Origin: Octopus sinensis
Taxonomy: Eukaryota
Assembly: GCF_006345805.1 (NCBI RefSeq)
Contig: NC_043005.1
Span: forward strand, 20,832,001-20,896,000
Length of the DNA stretch: 64,000 nucleotides
Reading direction: 5' to 3'
This document shows, one piece after another, positions 40,580 to 53,238 of this stretch (the first letter of the stretch is position 1; each line of letters starts with the position of its first letter). The notes beneath the pieces were generated by a model. The model had not been told where the DNA came from. It saw nothing but the letters and a program-made list of their open reading frames with translations, and searched no databases. Position numbers and translations under genes: made by a program.

Positions 40580-40979
40580 GTCAGTAGTGTTTGCATTTCA
40601 TTTTTTTGTGTGTGCTTGCATGTCAGTGTGTTTGCATGTATTGTCATATGTGTGTGTATATATGTATCGGTCTGTCTGAATGTCAGTCTTTCTGTCTATC
40701 TATATCTATCTACCTATTTCTGTCTGTCTGTACCTCTGGATTTACTGATTCTACCTTCATGGAATTCTCTGGATTTTTTTTTTTTATGTTAATCATTCCT
40801 ATTTACTACAACTTTTGAACATTTTGAACTTTTATACTTTGTATATTAGTACTTTGCTATACTCACTTGTCTTTTACTTTTTTATTTTTTCTTCTCTTCT
40901 CCCTTGTTTCTCTTTTTTTATTTTTTATTTTTAAATGTTTCCTTCTTTTTCTCTCCTTTTTTCCTCCTTTTTCCACCAT

Positions 40980-43900
40980 GCCTAATTACAAATCCTTTCA
41001 CCTCCACCCTCACCACCGCTGAAAGAAACACCTTTCCACGCTTCCTTTCCACTGCTTTTTAATCTTTCCCTAGTGGCTTTCAAAAAAATCACTCTTCTGT
41101 AGTCATGCTTCCTTTCTCAGATGCTGCCAAAGGTTTCCGCCTCCATTTCCTCCTGACTTATCATTCTGCCTCTGCCATCCTACTCTTACACTGCACCACT
41201 TCCTACTGCCTTATGTGTGTCACCATTTATTCTAATCTCTCCAAAATACACACCCTTGACTGCCTTTTCCCACTTGCTTATTACACCTGTTTTTCACCTA
41301 TTCATTGCATATTCCACCTTATGTTTGATGCTCCATCTAATTCACATTTTCCATGACTTTCTCGCTTCCACTAAACAACATAAACTCCACTTACTCTTTC
41401 ATCCTGTCCTACCTAATGCCCTTACACCCACCCCTCCCAGATCTACTCACTCCAATCCTTCAAGTACTCCAACCCCTATGTGCTACTTCTGCTCTTTCCT
41501 CCCTGCTTTCACCACCACTCCCACATCTACCTCCTCTTCCTCTTATTTCAGTCTATCATTACCATTCCTCCTGGTTGTCCCCTCTCTGAGGTGGAGCAAA
41601 CTCTTCTCAGAACTCTCTTCTCATCCCCCTCACTCCATCTAATACCGAGTTTCAGACCTGTGCTAATATTCATAGCTTTGTGCACCATCTCAGGCTACAT
41701 GTACATTTCCACAACACTTCATCTGCATCTGAGGAAGGGGACTACTTCACTGACCATCCCACTGGACACCTGCTCCTGGCCAGTTTCAAGCATTTGATTA
41801 TTTTGCAAGTATCTGCCAACATATTGTAGACTGGTTCAACTATCGCAGGCATCCCTGACAATGTAACATCTCCTGGGTCAAACTTTCAGCCATTCGATGT
41901 TTCCACCGCTGCAAAATATCATCATAAATCTAGCTGTGTGGTGGTATGGCAGGCAGACCTTTACAAGTTTGAAGCTTTCCACCAACTTCAAGATACCGTC
42001 TACTGTTGCCCTCAGCCCTCCAACCCCACACCTAACTATGAACAGAATATGTCCTCTGCTATTCATGATCTCATTCCCTCCTCCCCCCCAACCTCATTGT
42101 CTGCACTCTATGCACCCACCACTATTTACTTCCCTCCCAAAACTCACAAGCTCAACAACTCTGTTTGCCCCATCGTCTCTGCCTGTAGCTGCCCTACAGA
42201 AATTATCTCTAAATACCTTGACTGTATCCTTGATCCCCTAGTGGCCTCCCTTCCACAGCCATGACTCTAACTATGGTCCTCATCTCTTTAATTCTTTCTC
42301 TTCTCCTTCTGGCCCCTCTAAATTTCTGTTCACTCCTGATACCAAGAGTTTATATATGGTGATCCCACACAACAAAGGACTTCTTGTGCTGAAACAATTT
42401 CTGGACTTTCAATCTAGCCCCCAACTTGAAAACTCCGCACTTCTTCATCTGCTGAACCTGTTCTCTCCTTCAACTGCTTCTTGTTTGTAGGGGATTTTTA
42501 CCAACAAATTTCAGGACTGGCTATGGGAATGAGAATGGGCCTAAACTATGCAAACTTGTTTGATGGCTATGTTGAGGCCGAAATATTCTCATAATTCACT
42601 GGTCCCACTCCCGAAGTCTACAATCATTATATCAATGACTGTATCTGCGTAACCTCACTCTCCCACAAACAACTAGACTCCTTCCTCTCTTTTGACCATT
42701 TCTTCCATCCTGCCCTTGAATTCTCCTGCACTATCTCTAACTCATCTGTCGAATTTTTCAACATTTTTGTCAGTATACATAACTCCGCTTTCACTACCGA
42801 CATCTACTACCGATGCACTGACTCACACTCCAGCCTTAACTTTTCCAACACCACCATCCTTCCAGGCACCCATCATCATTCCTATCATATCACTGACTCC
42901 TTTACTCGCACCTCTAGTAATGACGTTTACTGTATAACAGTGTAGATATTGGTGGTTATGTCAGGTTATCAATCATTTAGTTGCAAGGTATTGACAGAAC
43001 ACTAGAAGTAATATAATTTTGTAACAGCGTTCGGCATGTATGTTGACGATACTGACATTGCATCAACATCACCATTATAAGACAGTTTAAACAGGATAAG
43101 AAAATGTGTTTTTAATAGCAACGGGGAGATATCTGTGAAAGTGAAATTAGGAAGTCATGTTTGTGTTAAGAATGTTATTTAATTTCTTCATACTAGGTTG
43201 TCTGTATTCTCTCATTAACAAAAGTTTGGGTATAACTTCATAAGGTGTATGCAAATCTTTAGCTAATTCATTTTCCTTATAATAATATGATGAGAGTTCA
43301 TACAGGAAAATACCAAGACAAAGACAGGATTTAACATTAATATTTTATTTACAGAAAGTCAAAATATTCACAATTAATTTATCACAACATAATATTGAAT
43401 AGAGAAATTGAAGTAGTTATCATAAAGAAGAAAAAACATGTTTTGAATAATTCTGTCATGAGAAAGATGACAGGAAAAATTTTCTTATCTAAATCCTCAA
43501 AAATACTCTAAAAAACCGTTTAGGAAAGCATGACATAATGTCATGAAGGATGAAGAATGCCAGAATGAGTGACAAGGTCTCATATGGTAAACCAAGTGTC
43601 ACTGGATAATTTCCCAAAAATCAGAGTTTTATAACTACTGCAAACCCGTTTCTAGGAATCTTTCTTCAGGGTAAAAAAAATGTTTCACAAAGATTAGAAT
43701 CGATGTATAAACTGTAAAATTGACCAATGAAAAAGCATAAGACATTTATAAACAAAAGATAGCCGACACAGCTATGACATCATGCTGCTTCTAAAGTCTT
43801 AACTGTTACAACTGATCTCTTGCTCTCTTTGTCCTTCCCTGTACATGAGTCAAAAGGGAAGCTACTTGCCTCACTGGTTCGCTTAACACCTCTGAGACAT

Positions 43901-44100
43901 CTGACTCAGCAATGACACCCCAGTCTTGCACCATTTCTGCTCTACTGGTCATTCACTAGAACATCTGTGTTTGGACTGTCTTTGCACAGGAACCATCGAG
44001 ACTCATGCCTTTGTTTGTTAACAAGAATCAATCTTCTCTCTTTGCTCCTTTGCACCACATGGGCTCAACTCACTTACTCTCTTCATCTGACACCAACCAC
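40980..44100 (+). mobile_element. Degenerate Penelope-like element (RT and GIY-YIG remnant), with an unrelated insert at about 42920-43790
   Basis: YFPPKTHK...PIVSACSCPTEIISKYLD, D.KSLY..IPH, YQQISGLAMG..MG..YANLF, YIND motifs; boundaries approximate. Confidence 0.7.
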
Positions 44101-44838
44101 ACATCCTCTCTTCATTTGATACCAACCCAATACCACTCCACACATACTGACCACTTCCCAGCACCCACACAACACACCATCAATCACACAACCACTCACA
44201 ATCTTTAGTACCATTACCACACTTACCACTATATGAGCAGCTACACACACTGTTTAACTGTACACACACCATCATGCACACTCCCACACACATACAAACA
44301 TATAATATCTGAATACAGATGGTATATACTCCCACATAACTTTTGCCCACACCATACACATGCACATTGTTTGGTCACAAACAGATAGGAACACACACAC
44401 ACACACACACAGACTAAAACACGCGCACACACCACATGAAAAATCACTCATCAACTGCTACTCAAAACATACACACACACGTCAGAGTTACTCGCTACTA
44501 TTCACAAACACAACACATGTCAGAGTCACTTGTCTCTGTTCACACACATACATGTCAGAGTCACTCACTGCTATTCACACTCACACATTTACACACAACA
44601 TTCTCACGTACCAACGCATGCATTTGCACCTTCCCTTGTTGGGATCACTAGCACTTTATTATCTCCCTTATGTATGTTTGCATGCATACATGAAGATATG
44701 TACACATGTGTGTGTATGTGTTTATGTGTGTGGTTGTATATATATATTTTCATATATATATTTTCATTTAGAGTTAGTAGGCCCCTGCATCCCACCATAT
44801 AAAAGAATTTTAATTTAAATACTTACTACTTATATCTC

Positions 44839-44933
44839 AGCTACACTTGTTTCTTGAGGTTCATTTCCTGGTTCCTTAACCCCGCCGTGTTTTGCTGGAA
44901 CCTTTCTTAAAATATAACCCCAATCATCAGGCC
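44839..44933 (-). ncRNA. Type I hammerhead ribozyme with extended stem II at the 3' end of the Penelope-like element
   Basis: Minus strand ggc-CTGATGA-ttggggtt...ggttcc...ggaacc...aacctcaa-GAAA-caagtg-TA-gct; intact core on the same strand as the PLE ORF. Confidence 0.7.
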
Positions 44934-44984
44934 TCTACATCACTTTATCATAGCTTGATACTAAAAACTATATTTTAATTTTTT

Positions 44985-45405
44985 AGGCGCAGGAGTGGCT
45001 GTGTGGTAAGTAGCTTGCTAACCAACCACATGGTTCTGGGTTCAGTCCCACTGCATGGCACCTTGGACAAGTGTCTTCTGCTATAGCCTCGGGCCGACCA
45101 AAGCCTTGTGAGTGGATTTGGTAGACGGAAACTGAAAGAAGCCTGTCGTATATATGTATATATATATGTATGTGTGTGTATATGTTTGTATGTCTGTGTT
45201 TGTCCCCCTAGCATTGCTTGACAACCGATGCTGGTGTGTTTACGTTCCCGTCACTTAGCGGTTTGGCAAAAGAGACCGATAGAATAAGTACTGGGCTTAC
45301 AAAAGAATAAGTCCCGGGGTCGATTTGCTTGACTAAAGGCGGTGCTCCAGCATGGCCGCAGTCAAATGACTGAAACAAGTAAAAGAGTAAAAGAGTTTAA
45401 GAGTA
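44985..45405 (+). mobile_element. tRNA-derived SINE (family 2), near full length
   Basis: A box-like tggctgtgtgg, B box-like ggttcagtccc, internal (TA/TG)n, (AAGAGTA)n tail; decayed copies near 4540, 51430 and 63650 (-). Confidence 0.8.
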
Positions 45406-48400
45406 AATAAGTATGTGTAAATAAGTTGTACCCTACTGTACAAGCCATAATTTAATTCAAATAAAAAATTACAAAAAATAAAATAAAATAAAATAAAAAA
45501 TAAAGATAGAAATAAAAAATACGAATAAAATAAAAATTTACAAAAACTATGTTCTCACGTAACTTATGTCTATAAATATAAAATTAATAATATAAAGAGA
45601 TAAAAAAATAAAATAAAATATATACTTGTGATGATATAAAATGGTATAAAATGAAAGGAATGGCAAAAAAATACATTCAAATAAAAATGGAAGCAACATC
45701 GAATAAATATTTTCGAATAAAAACTATAGTATGAATGACAAAATACAAAATTTACAAATGATACGAATGATAACAATTAAAAATTTACAAAGTAAAAATA
45801 ACTTAAGGGTAACGTAAAAGAATATCCGTTGACTCCATTGTCCTACTAGGTCTTAATTTCGGCTTGACATCGCAAGGTCCAGCGAATTACACTCCCACCT
45901 ACTTCCTTCTTCTTTTAAACTATTACTTAATTAACATATTACCTTAATAGTAACCATGGTCCAGGAAATACAAAAATGCATCATGGGAACATTACTTTTT
46001 TTATTTCGTATTATTCCGTATTATTCCCACCCTTTGTTCACTCACACCGCACTGCTATTCCTTCCCACATCTAATGGTAAGTTAATTTAACCTAGTACGT
46101 TCACATTAAATAATAATAATAGTAATAATACTTACGCTTTAAATTTAGGGTTTGGAATTATTAATTAGGGATTTCAATCTATGTTTACATTTAATTTTTC
46201 TTTCCTCCTGAGCATTTAGAAGCCACGTTTTAGCCCATAATATCTCCATGAATTCATGGGTACATAACAGACATGACCTATTTCCAATTCTATATGATTT
46301 CGCTTTACATATTATATCCCACTTTAATTCATAATTGATTCCTTTCGACTTTAAACTCCAAACGTATTTACTTAGTCCTGTTGAATTCATAAGTTCCTTA
46401 TTTTTACATGAATTCAAGTGCTGTGCTATTTGTTGTTTAATTTTATTCAATGTCGACCCAATATATGGATAATTTTCAATATTTGTATTATTTATTCCAC
46501 TATTTTCATTTTCATCTACTTTTACAGAAGCCACACATTTATATACTACATCACTTACATTACATCTTCCATTAAGTTTACAGTAGCTTTTATCCCTACG
46601 ATTACAACTATTATGATCTCCAGCCCTCCTATTCAGATGCTTATTTAATTTATCATAGTAATATTTATTCAGCCTATACTTATTTATTGATGAAATAATA
46701 TTCCCTACATTGTTAGTTGTTGAATACCCCACTCCTATATTATTTTCAGAGAATACTTCCATATATTTTTTATTATCCATAATAAATGATTCTATTGTAT
46801 TAGTGATATCTTTAATAATATTACTTTTAACTTGAGTACCATATTATCAACCATATTATTTTATTATTTTTATTTATGTTTATATTATTAATCCCCTTAT
46901 CTTTATTTACACAAGTTTTGTTATTATCTTCTATATTATTTGTATTATTTGTATATAAGTATTGTCTCCATTATGATTTTCTTTTAATTTTAAATCCTTC
47001 CCCATTAAACTCAACCTATCCTTATACTTTATACCATTTATATTTTTCCTGTGTTTTATGTGTTTTATCATCTTGAATTCCATAACATGACGGTGTGTTA
47101 TCCTATTCTGACTATTATACATATTTTTCTTTTTCTTTTTATTATTATATACATTTCTATTCTCGTTTACATTTACATTTATCTTACTTCCTATATTAAC
47201 ACTATTTAGGTTACTTACATTTTTGTGTTTTATATAATTATTCCTATTAATATTCTTATTATAGAATTTAATTTCTTCCTTATATCCAGCCTTCCTTAAT
47301 GCTTCATTATAGTAGTCAGCGTGTTTTAGGAAGCTCTCACAATTCAAAGAGAGCATTTATATCCTTTTCCCTATGTTATCTATTAGTATCTTTTTTACCG
47401 AGGGTGGGGGGTGATTACTATCTGCATTTATGTATTTTAGGTTTTCATTAAGTTTATGGAAAGGCTGTATTGTATTAATTCTGTAGTAATGTTCAAATTT
47501 GCATCTAAAAAGTTTACGTTATAATGTTCATTATATATAATAGTTTCTAACCCATGATTTTTAAAAAACCTGTATAATTTCTTTTTATAATTTTCAAGAG
47601 TTCTATTTGTACAATTTTTTGTTATTTAACGTAAATCATCCCTATATAAGCCCCCTTCAATATTTAAATTTTCTAATTTTAATTCAGAAAGCAGGTATAT
47701 CCCAACTAGGTCGGTTACCTGTGCTGAATTTGGTGCTCCCATAGGTACATCAAAATGTTCCCTTGTGTCCTTTCTAGCCCATAATTTATTTTTGTGTTTA
47801 ATGTGTGTTTTTCTTGCCATTTGGATTACCTTAATTTCCTCCATCATCATTCCTGTTCTATTTTTAGCATATATCAAGGCCTTATTCAACACTATTTCAT
47901 TTATGGAAGCATAATAATTATCAATATCTATTTGTATGAACTTATATTCCTTATTGTTTTTTATATTTTTAAACTATTGTAAAGTTTCTATTGTACTGCC
48001 CCATAACATAACTTTAGGTAACCTAAATTATTTAATTTGTTTATATATTTATCTAATATTAATTTACTTAATTTCCCTAGGTCCGACTTCCATGGGCATA
48101 TTAGTCGGACTTTAGGGTCTGCATAGAAATTATCTTTATGGTCTTTTAGCGTTATCCTTGGGTGCAATGGCACATAGGGTTCTGTTTTTTATCTAGTTCA
48201 TAATTCATCATAATTACTTTATAACACTTATTTATTTTCTTTAAAGTATTATTTTGGACTATTTTATATTTTTTGTTGATTTCTTTCTCTAGTAAACTAT
48301 CATCTACCTTAGGATATTTGTGATTTGTTACCTCTACTACTTATTGAGACTTTGGTCTTTGCTAGGTTAACACAAACCCACCAACTCTAGACCTTGCTTC

Positions 48401-48442
48401 CACACCTGCATGTACGTGCATGTATATACATATATATATTTA

Positions 48443-48474
<32 letters not shown>

Positions 48475-48589
48475 GTCAATAAAACATATATCAGAAAAGA
48501 AGTAGACCCTAAAGGATATAACAGTACTTATTGCAACAAATTAAAATTTCATATCCACAGAAACCAATAAGAGGTGCAGTGAAGTACTT

Positions 48590-49240
48590 GGAGTTCCAAG
48601 TTTCAACCAGAAATGTAGATTATATCATATTTCTGTGGAAGACATCAACCACAATTAACAGCTGTCCAAAAATGTATCAAGGCACTACCTCCCTATGCAA
48701 CACGATGTTGTTAAACAAACAATTTAAAATACCATTTGGAAAAAAGACTGTCTTAGAATAAATGTAGAGAATCCCCCTGTTATTAAAATGTTCACAAAGA
48801 TCAGCACAAGGAATACTAGTGGAATATTCTCATGCAATCATCTGTCACGTGTAAGTATAACAGGCTGGATATTGTTTGGGATAGACAAGGAAAAGTATGT
48901 GCCGTCAAAGAGGTCAGCTGTACTGTTGATGTGAATATCTCTTTGGGTATCAATGAGAAAGAAGATAACTATGGACAACTGCTTCAAAACCTCCAGCCTC
49001 TATATCCAGATCAGAAACTTACACTTATACCAATAAGAATTGGATTAATTGGGTTTGTAAGTAAATGCCTGTCAGCCTGGAAAGCTTAGATTTTCAGAAA
49101 AAGAAATTAACCAACACACTCACACATTATAAATTCAGTCTGTTACTAGAACAGGAAAGCTATGCAAGACTTTAGGGATATTGTTTACAATATCTACATT
49201 TCAATGCTGGATCTTTGTATCTTTATCTGAAACCAACTAC
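48590..49240 (+). mobile_element. RLE-type LINE 3' fragment
   Basis: CKYNRLDIVWDRQGKVCAVKEVSCTVDVNI...KEDNYGQLLQNLQPLYPD. Confidence 0.7.
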
Positions 49241-50152
49241 TACTTCAGAAGAAAAAATTTAAAGGATTAAAAATGGAATAGAAACAAATGCATGCATACA
49301 TCCATCCATCAATTAATCCATCCATCGATCCATCCATTCACACAAGCACACATACATACATACATACATCTGTCCATCCCTCCATAATACATACGTACAT
49401 ACATGCATGCATGCATGGTGGCTGCCCCCTCATTATCGAATATGGCCATTGCACGAAGCTTAATCAATGTTGTTATCATGCAATGCCTGTGCAAGAAGAT
49501 TTTTTTAAAGTGGGGAAAGGCTGTGCACTGAGTCAATCTCACTCACTAAGCAACAGCAGCCATAATCCAAAAAGAAGAACAAGTCAACATCATCGGTAAC
49601 CACTGAGCCGCAGGTTTTATATTGGAGTTATCCCAGTTACCTGAGTTACCTTCTCCTAGAAGGATGCTCTAACAAAGGCTAGGAGTCTTTCATTCCCAAT
49701 GGTTTAACTGCATGTTCGGGTATTCAGTCCGATTATTTCTATGTCCCCGCGCATGATACAGCCTTAAGACATTTATTGGATGGCCGTTCACTCTTAAGAG
49801 TTCCTCCACCCTTTGACGGGTTTTGTTTTTCATCCCGCAGGGTGTCCAATAAACACCCTCCTCACCAAGCAAGCTTGGTGGGGTTGCCAGTTTAGTCGCC
49901 GACGACCCAACCATGCAACAGGTTGTCCTGGGTTACATGTTACAGACATACATACATACATATATACATACAAGCAAACAAGTAAAAAATAAATACTTAT
50001 TTGCATGCTGTTATGTATATTTTTATATTCCAGTGCAGAATTCTCAGTTTGATTCACTTGTTATCTTTACTGTAATGTTATTTAATTCCTTATTCTCACC
50101 TGCTTTTAAACATGCAAGCACCATTAGTGTAAATTTCTCTTTCCAATTCCAG

Positions 50153-50323
50153 ATTATTCACAAATTGAGTGTGGACCTCCAAAAGAAATTGTTGGTTCAG
50201 TGAAGTCCTATAATTCCACCTTGTATAAATCTGAAGTCACCTATACTTGCCCAAAAGGAGAAAAACTGAAGTCAATGTGTGAAAAGGACAATGAGTGGAC
50301 TCCAGTTGTATCTTCTTGTAATG
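50153..50323 (+). CDS. Exon S4: compact Sushi/CCP domain
   Basis: aattccag| acceptor, 171 bp, DYSQIECGPPKEIVGSVKSYNSTLYKSEVTYTCPKGEKLKSMCEKDNEWTPVVSSCN, donor G|GTAATA; phase 1-1. Confidence 0.88.
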
Positions 50324-53001
50324 GTAATATAAAATGCTTGTTGCTTTCCAAAAGACATAGCTGTGAAGTAATTTTCAACTACACAGCCAAAACCTCCATG
50401 CAAAACCACATTGTTGTTTATCAAATTTGTTGTCTCCACAGCTATAATGCACCTCATCTTGGTTGTTTTGCTCTTAATTTCTCACTTGAACTTTTTCATC
50501 CATACTTTAAGTTATCAATCAAGATCCTCCACAATACCCTGTGCCCAACTTTACCAAAACTTGACAATCCTCTGAAAAACAGAAAAAGATGAGGATGATT
50601 CTACAATATTCATTAATATTGCAGGACAACTGCACTATCAAACTTCACCCCGATAACCATGGATAAGTGAGCTCTGCCATTATTGTTCTCTAAACCTACA
50701 TGTTTATGCCATATAGTTTTCATTCACTCAAGCCTGTTTTGCTTCTTCTACCTATCTTTTAATTATTACTCATGAGGACAGTATCTTCCTTTCCATTCTC
50801 ACTTTCTTTGCAACTGAAACTTCAAAAATACTAATAAGAGATTGGCTAAGCAAGAAAGTCACTGTTATCTGATCTATCAACCGTATCCACCTTGCAACCT
50901 CATTTGCTATCGCCACCAAGCAAGAAAACTGACTTCTTTGATTGTTTGAAGGAATGTGTGAAGCAATCAGCTTCATAGGCTTGTCTCATATCCAGATCTA
51001 TCCCATGTAGAAGACCATCTGTTTGACATAACTCTGCAAGTTAGCAGTATATAGAAAATGAAAGACTACATGCAATATTATTTCATTTTACCACAAGTAT
51101 CTGGAACATTTTTTGTGATGCACATTTATGACTAGATTTTATCTTGGGCCAGTAGAACCCTTTTGTAGCACTGCTGAGCCAAGCACTTTAGAATATTGTC
51201 CATAGAATTCCCTGAGAAAAAGCATTGAAAAATGAATTGTCATTTTATTTTCATTGTTGCTTAGAGCAACCCTGAGAGTATCAATATATTGTTAGAATGG
51301 AACACCTACAAATCTCATTGCTCAGGTCACTTTTGATGTAGCATTAAACAAGATGTGTGTCCTAGTCTTTTTAAGGCTTTTGAGTGTGATTGAAGGAAAT
51401 TTTGCTTATAAGTTTAACATATTGTGAGCAGGTGAGGCTGTATGATAAGAAGCATGCTTCCCAGCCACATAATCCCAGGTTCAGTCCCACTGTGTGGTGC
51501 CTTGGACAAATGTCTTGTTCTATAGTCTCAGGCCAACCAAAGGTTTCTGAATGGATTGGTAGACAAAACTGAAGGAGCCTGTCATACATGTGTGTGTGTG
51601 TGGTCTTTATGTTTGTCTTCCACCATTACTTGACAACTGGTGTTTGGTGGAAAGAGGCTAATAGAATAAGTACCAAGATTTAAAAAATATAAGTAGTGGG
51701 GTCTATTCTTTTAACTAAAAATTCTTAATATTGGAGCCTAACAGATCTAAGTTATACCCCAGGAAGTGCTCTTATCTCATTCAACACAACCATCTGATCC
51801 TTCAGATGATCATGCCAAACATGATTCAATGTTAATATATTTATTTCAATAATAAATACTTACATACTCAAGCTGGGCATGGTCTATGTTAATGTCACAG
51901 TTTGAAAAAGGAAGGTGGCCCTAGAATCCCATGACACAGCTTTATTTTATTCTGTCATAACTTGTTTACTGAAAAATAAAGCTACCACCTTGTAATGTAT
52001 TAAAAATTCCTTGTTTAGACACATGGCCAAACAAAATTTGAGAAATCAATGTAATTCTGTGATATTCATGTCTTTCTTAAGAGCTCCAACTCCCTATATA
52101 AAGTGAACTGAATTAACTTGCAAACCAAACTTAATTAATGGACTCAATCTACTCTATCTGTGTTTTTACTAAATGAACAGCTAGAAGAAAATACACAGGT
52201 CATCTTCCTGCAGGGTAAAAATGTATATTAAAAATTAGCTGTTTACTGAACAGCAATATTATATTTGATTTAAATTTCACCCCTGGTGGGTGCTCAAATC
52301 ATTATGTTAATGACTTATTTTGGTCATGAGATTCATAAGTGACAACCTTTTTTCTTCATCTCACTAAAAGTACAATATTAATTTAGAATTTCTTAGCTTG
52401 CTACATTAAGTTGTGAGTGTCTATATTTACTACACATTTTTATTTCTTCGCTCGATAATGAAAGGGAAGCTATTTTTGTTCTATAAGGCAAAACGTTGCA
52501 AGATCAGTTAATTGATGTGTTACAGTCCTTGTTATGACTAAGTATAGTTAGTGTCGTCCATTTACATAGTGGCTTGAAATCACAACAGAATATATTTCCC
52601 CTTTCATACTTCTGTGGTTGATGAAATGAGCATTAGTCATATACCGAGGTTGATATATTGTCATGTATCTTCACTGCAGAGTGTGTATCTTTAATATTGG
52701 TTATTTCAACAATCATTATATTTTTGTATTCTTGTGATGAAGGGTAATAAATCAACAAAGTCATTTGAGCATCAGAAAAATGTGTTGTGGAATGTGTTCT
52801 GGCTATTTGACTTTTGAGTATAAATCCTGCTGATGCTGACTTTGCTCTTCTTGGGTCAATAAAATGTAATGCTTGTCTGGTGCAGAGGTCAACCTTATAA
52901 ACTTATTCCTTCCTCTAAATCTTGGCCTTGTTTCTTTATTGCAATGTATTGTTGTTGTTATTGGTATATTTCATTGCCTTAAATTTATTTTTTAACTCTA
53001 G

Positions 53002-53238
53002 ATTCTGCGATCCATTTTGTGAAAGTAAATGATGCATCTCTGGATGTGACGGGGAAAATATTGAGTAAGAATGCAGTAACAGCAGACGCTTGTGCAGAAA
53101 GATGTCTTTCTGATGAAAATTGTTTATCATTTGAGATGTCTAAAGGAAATGGTAAATGTTACTTATTGAAGCAAACAGCAGCTTCCCACAAGAAAATAAA
53201 AACAGACAAAAGCAGAGATTACTACCAAAGAGTAAAAT
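53002..53238 (+). CDS. Exon B3: PAN/Apple-like domain type B
   Basis: actctag| acceptor, 237 bp, DSAIHFVKVNDASLD...DACAERCLSDENCLSFEMSKGNGKCYLLK...SRDYYQRVK, donor T|GTAATT; phase 1-1. Confidence 0.9.

Larger units (their letters stand above)
44770..48300 (-). mobile_element. Penelope-like element, Naiad-like (RT with LYRDD plus Cys-rich GIY-YIG)
   Basis: PRITLKDHKDNF..P.VRLICP.KSDLGKLSK, FDVPMGA...DLVGIYLL, GLYRDD, C.L.G.C...VVY, YIGST, TGLSKYVWSLK, CLLC..E...LLN...E...CKH; frameshifted; boundaries approximate. Confidence 0.85.

Noticed and set aside
44985-45060. tRNA-like sequence
   Set aside because: It is a SINE head with A/B-box-like motifs and no complete cloverleaf.
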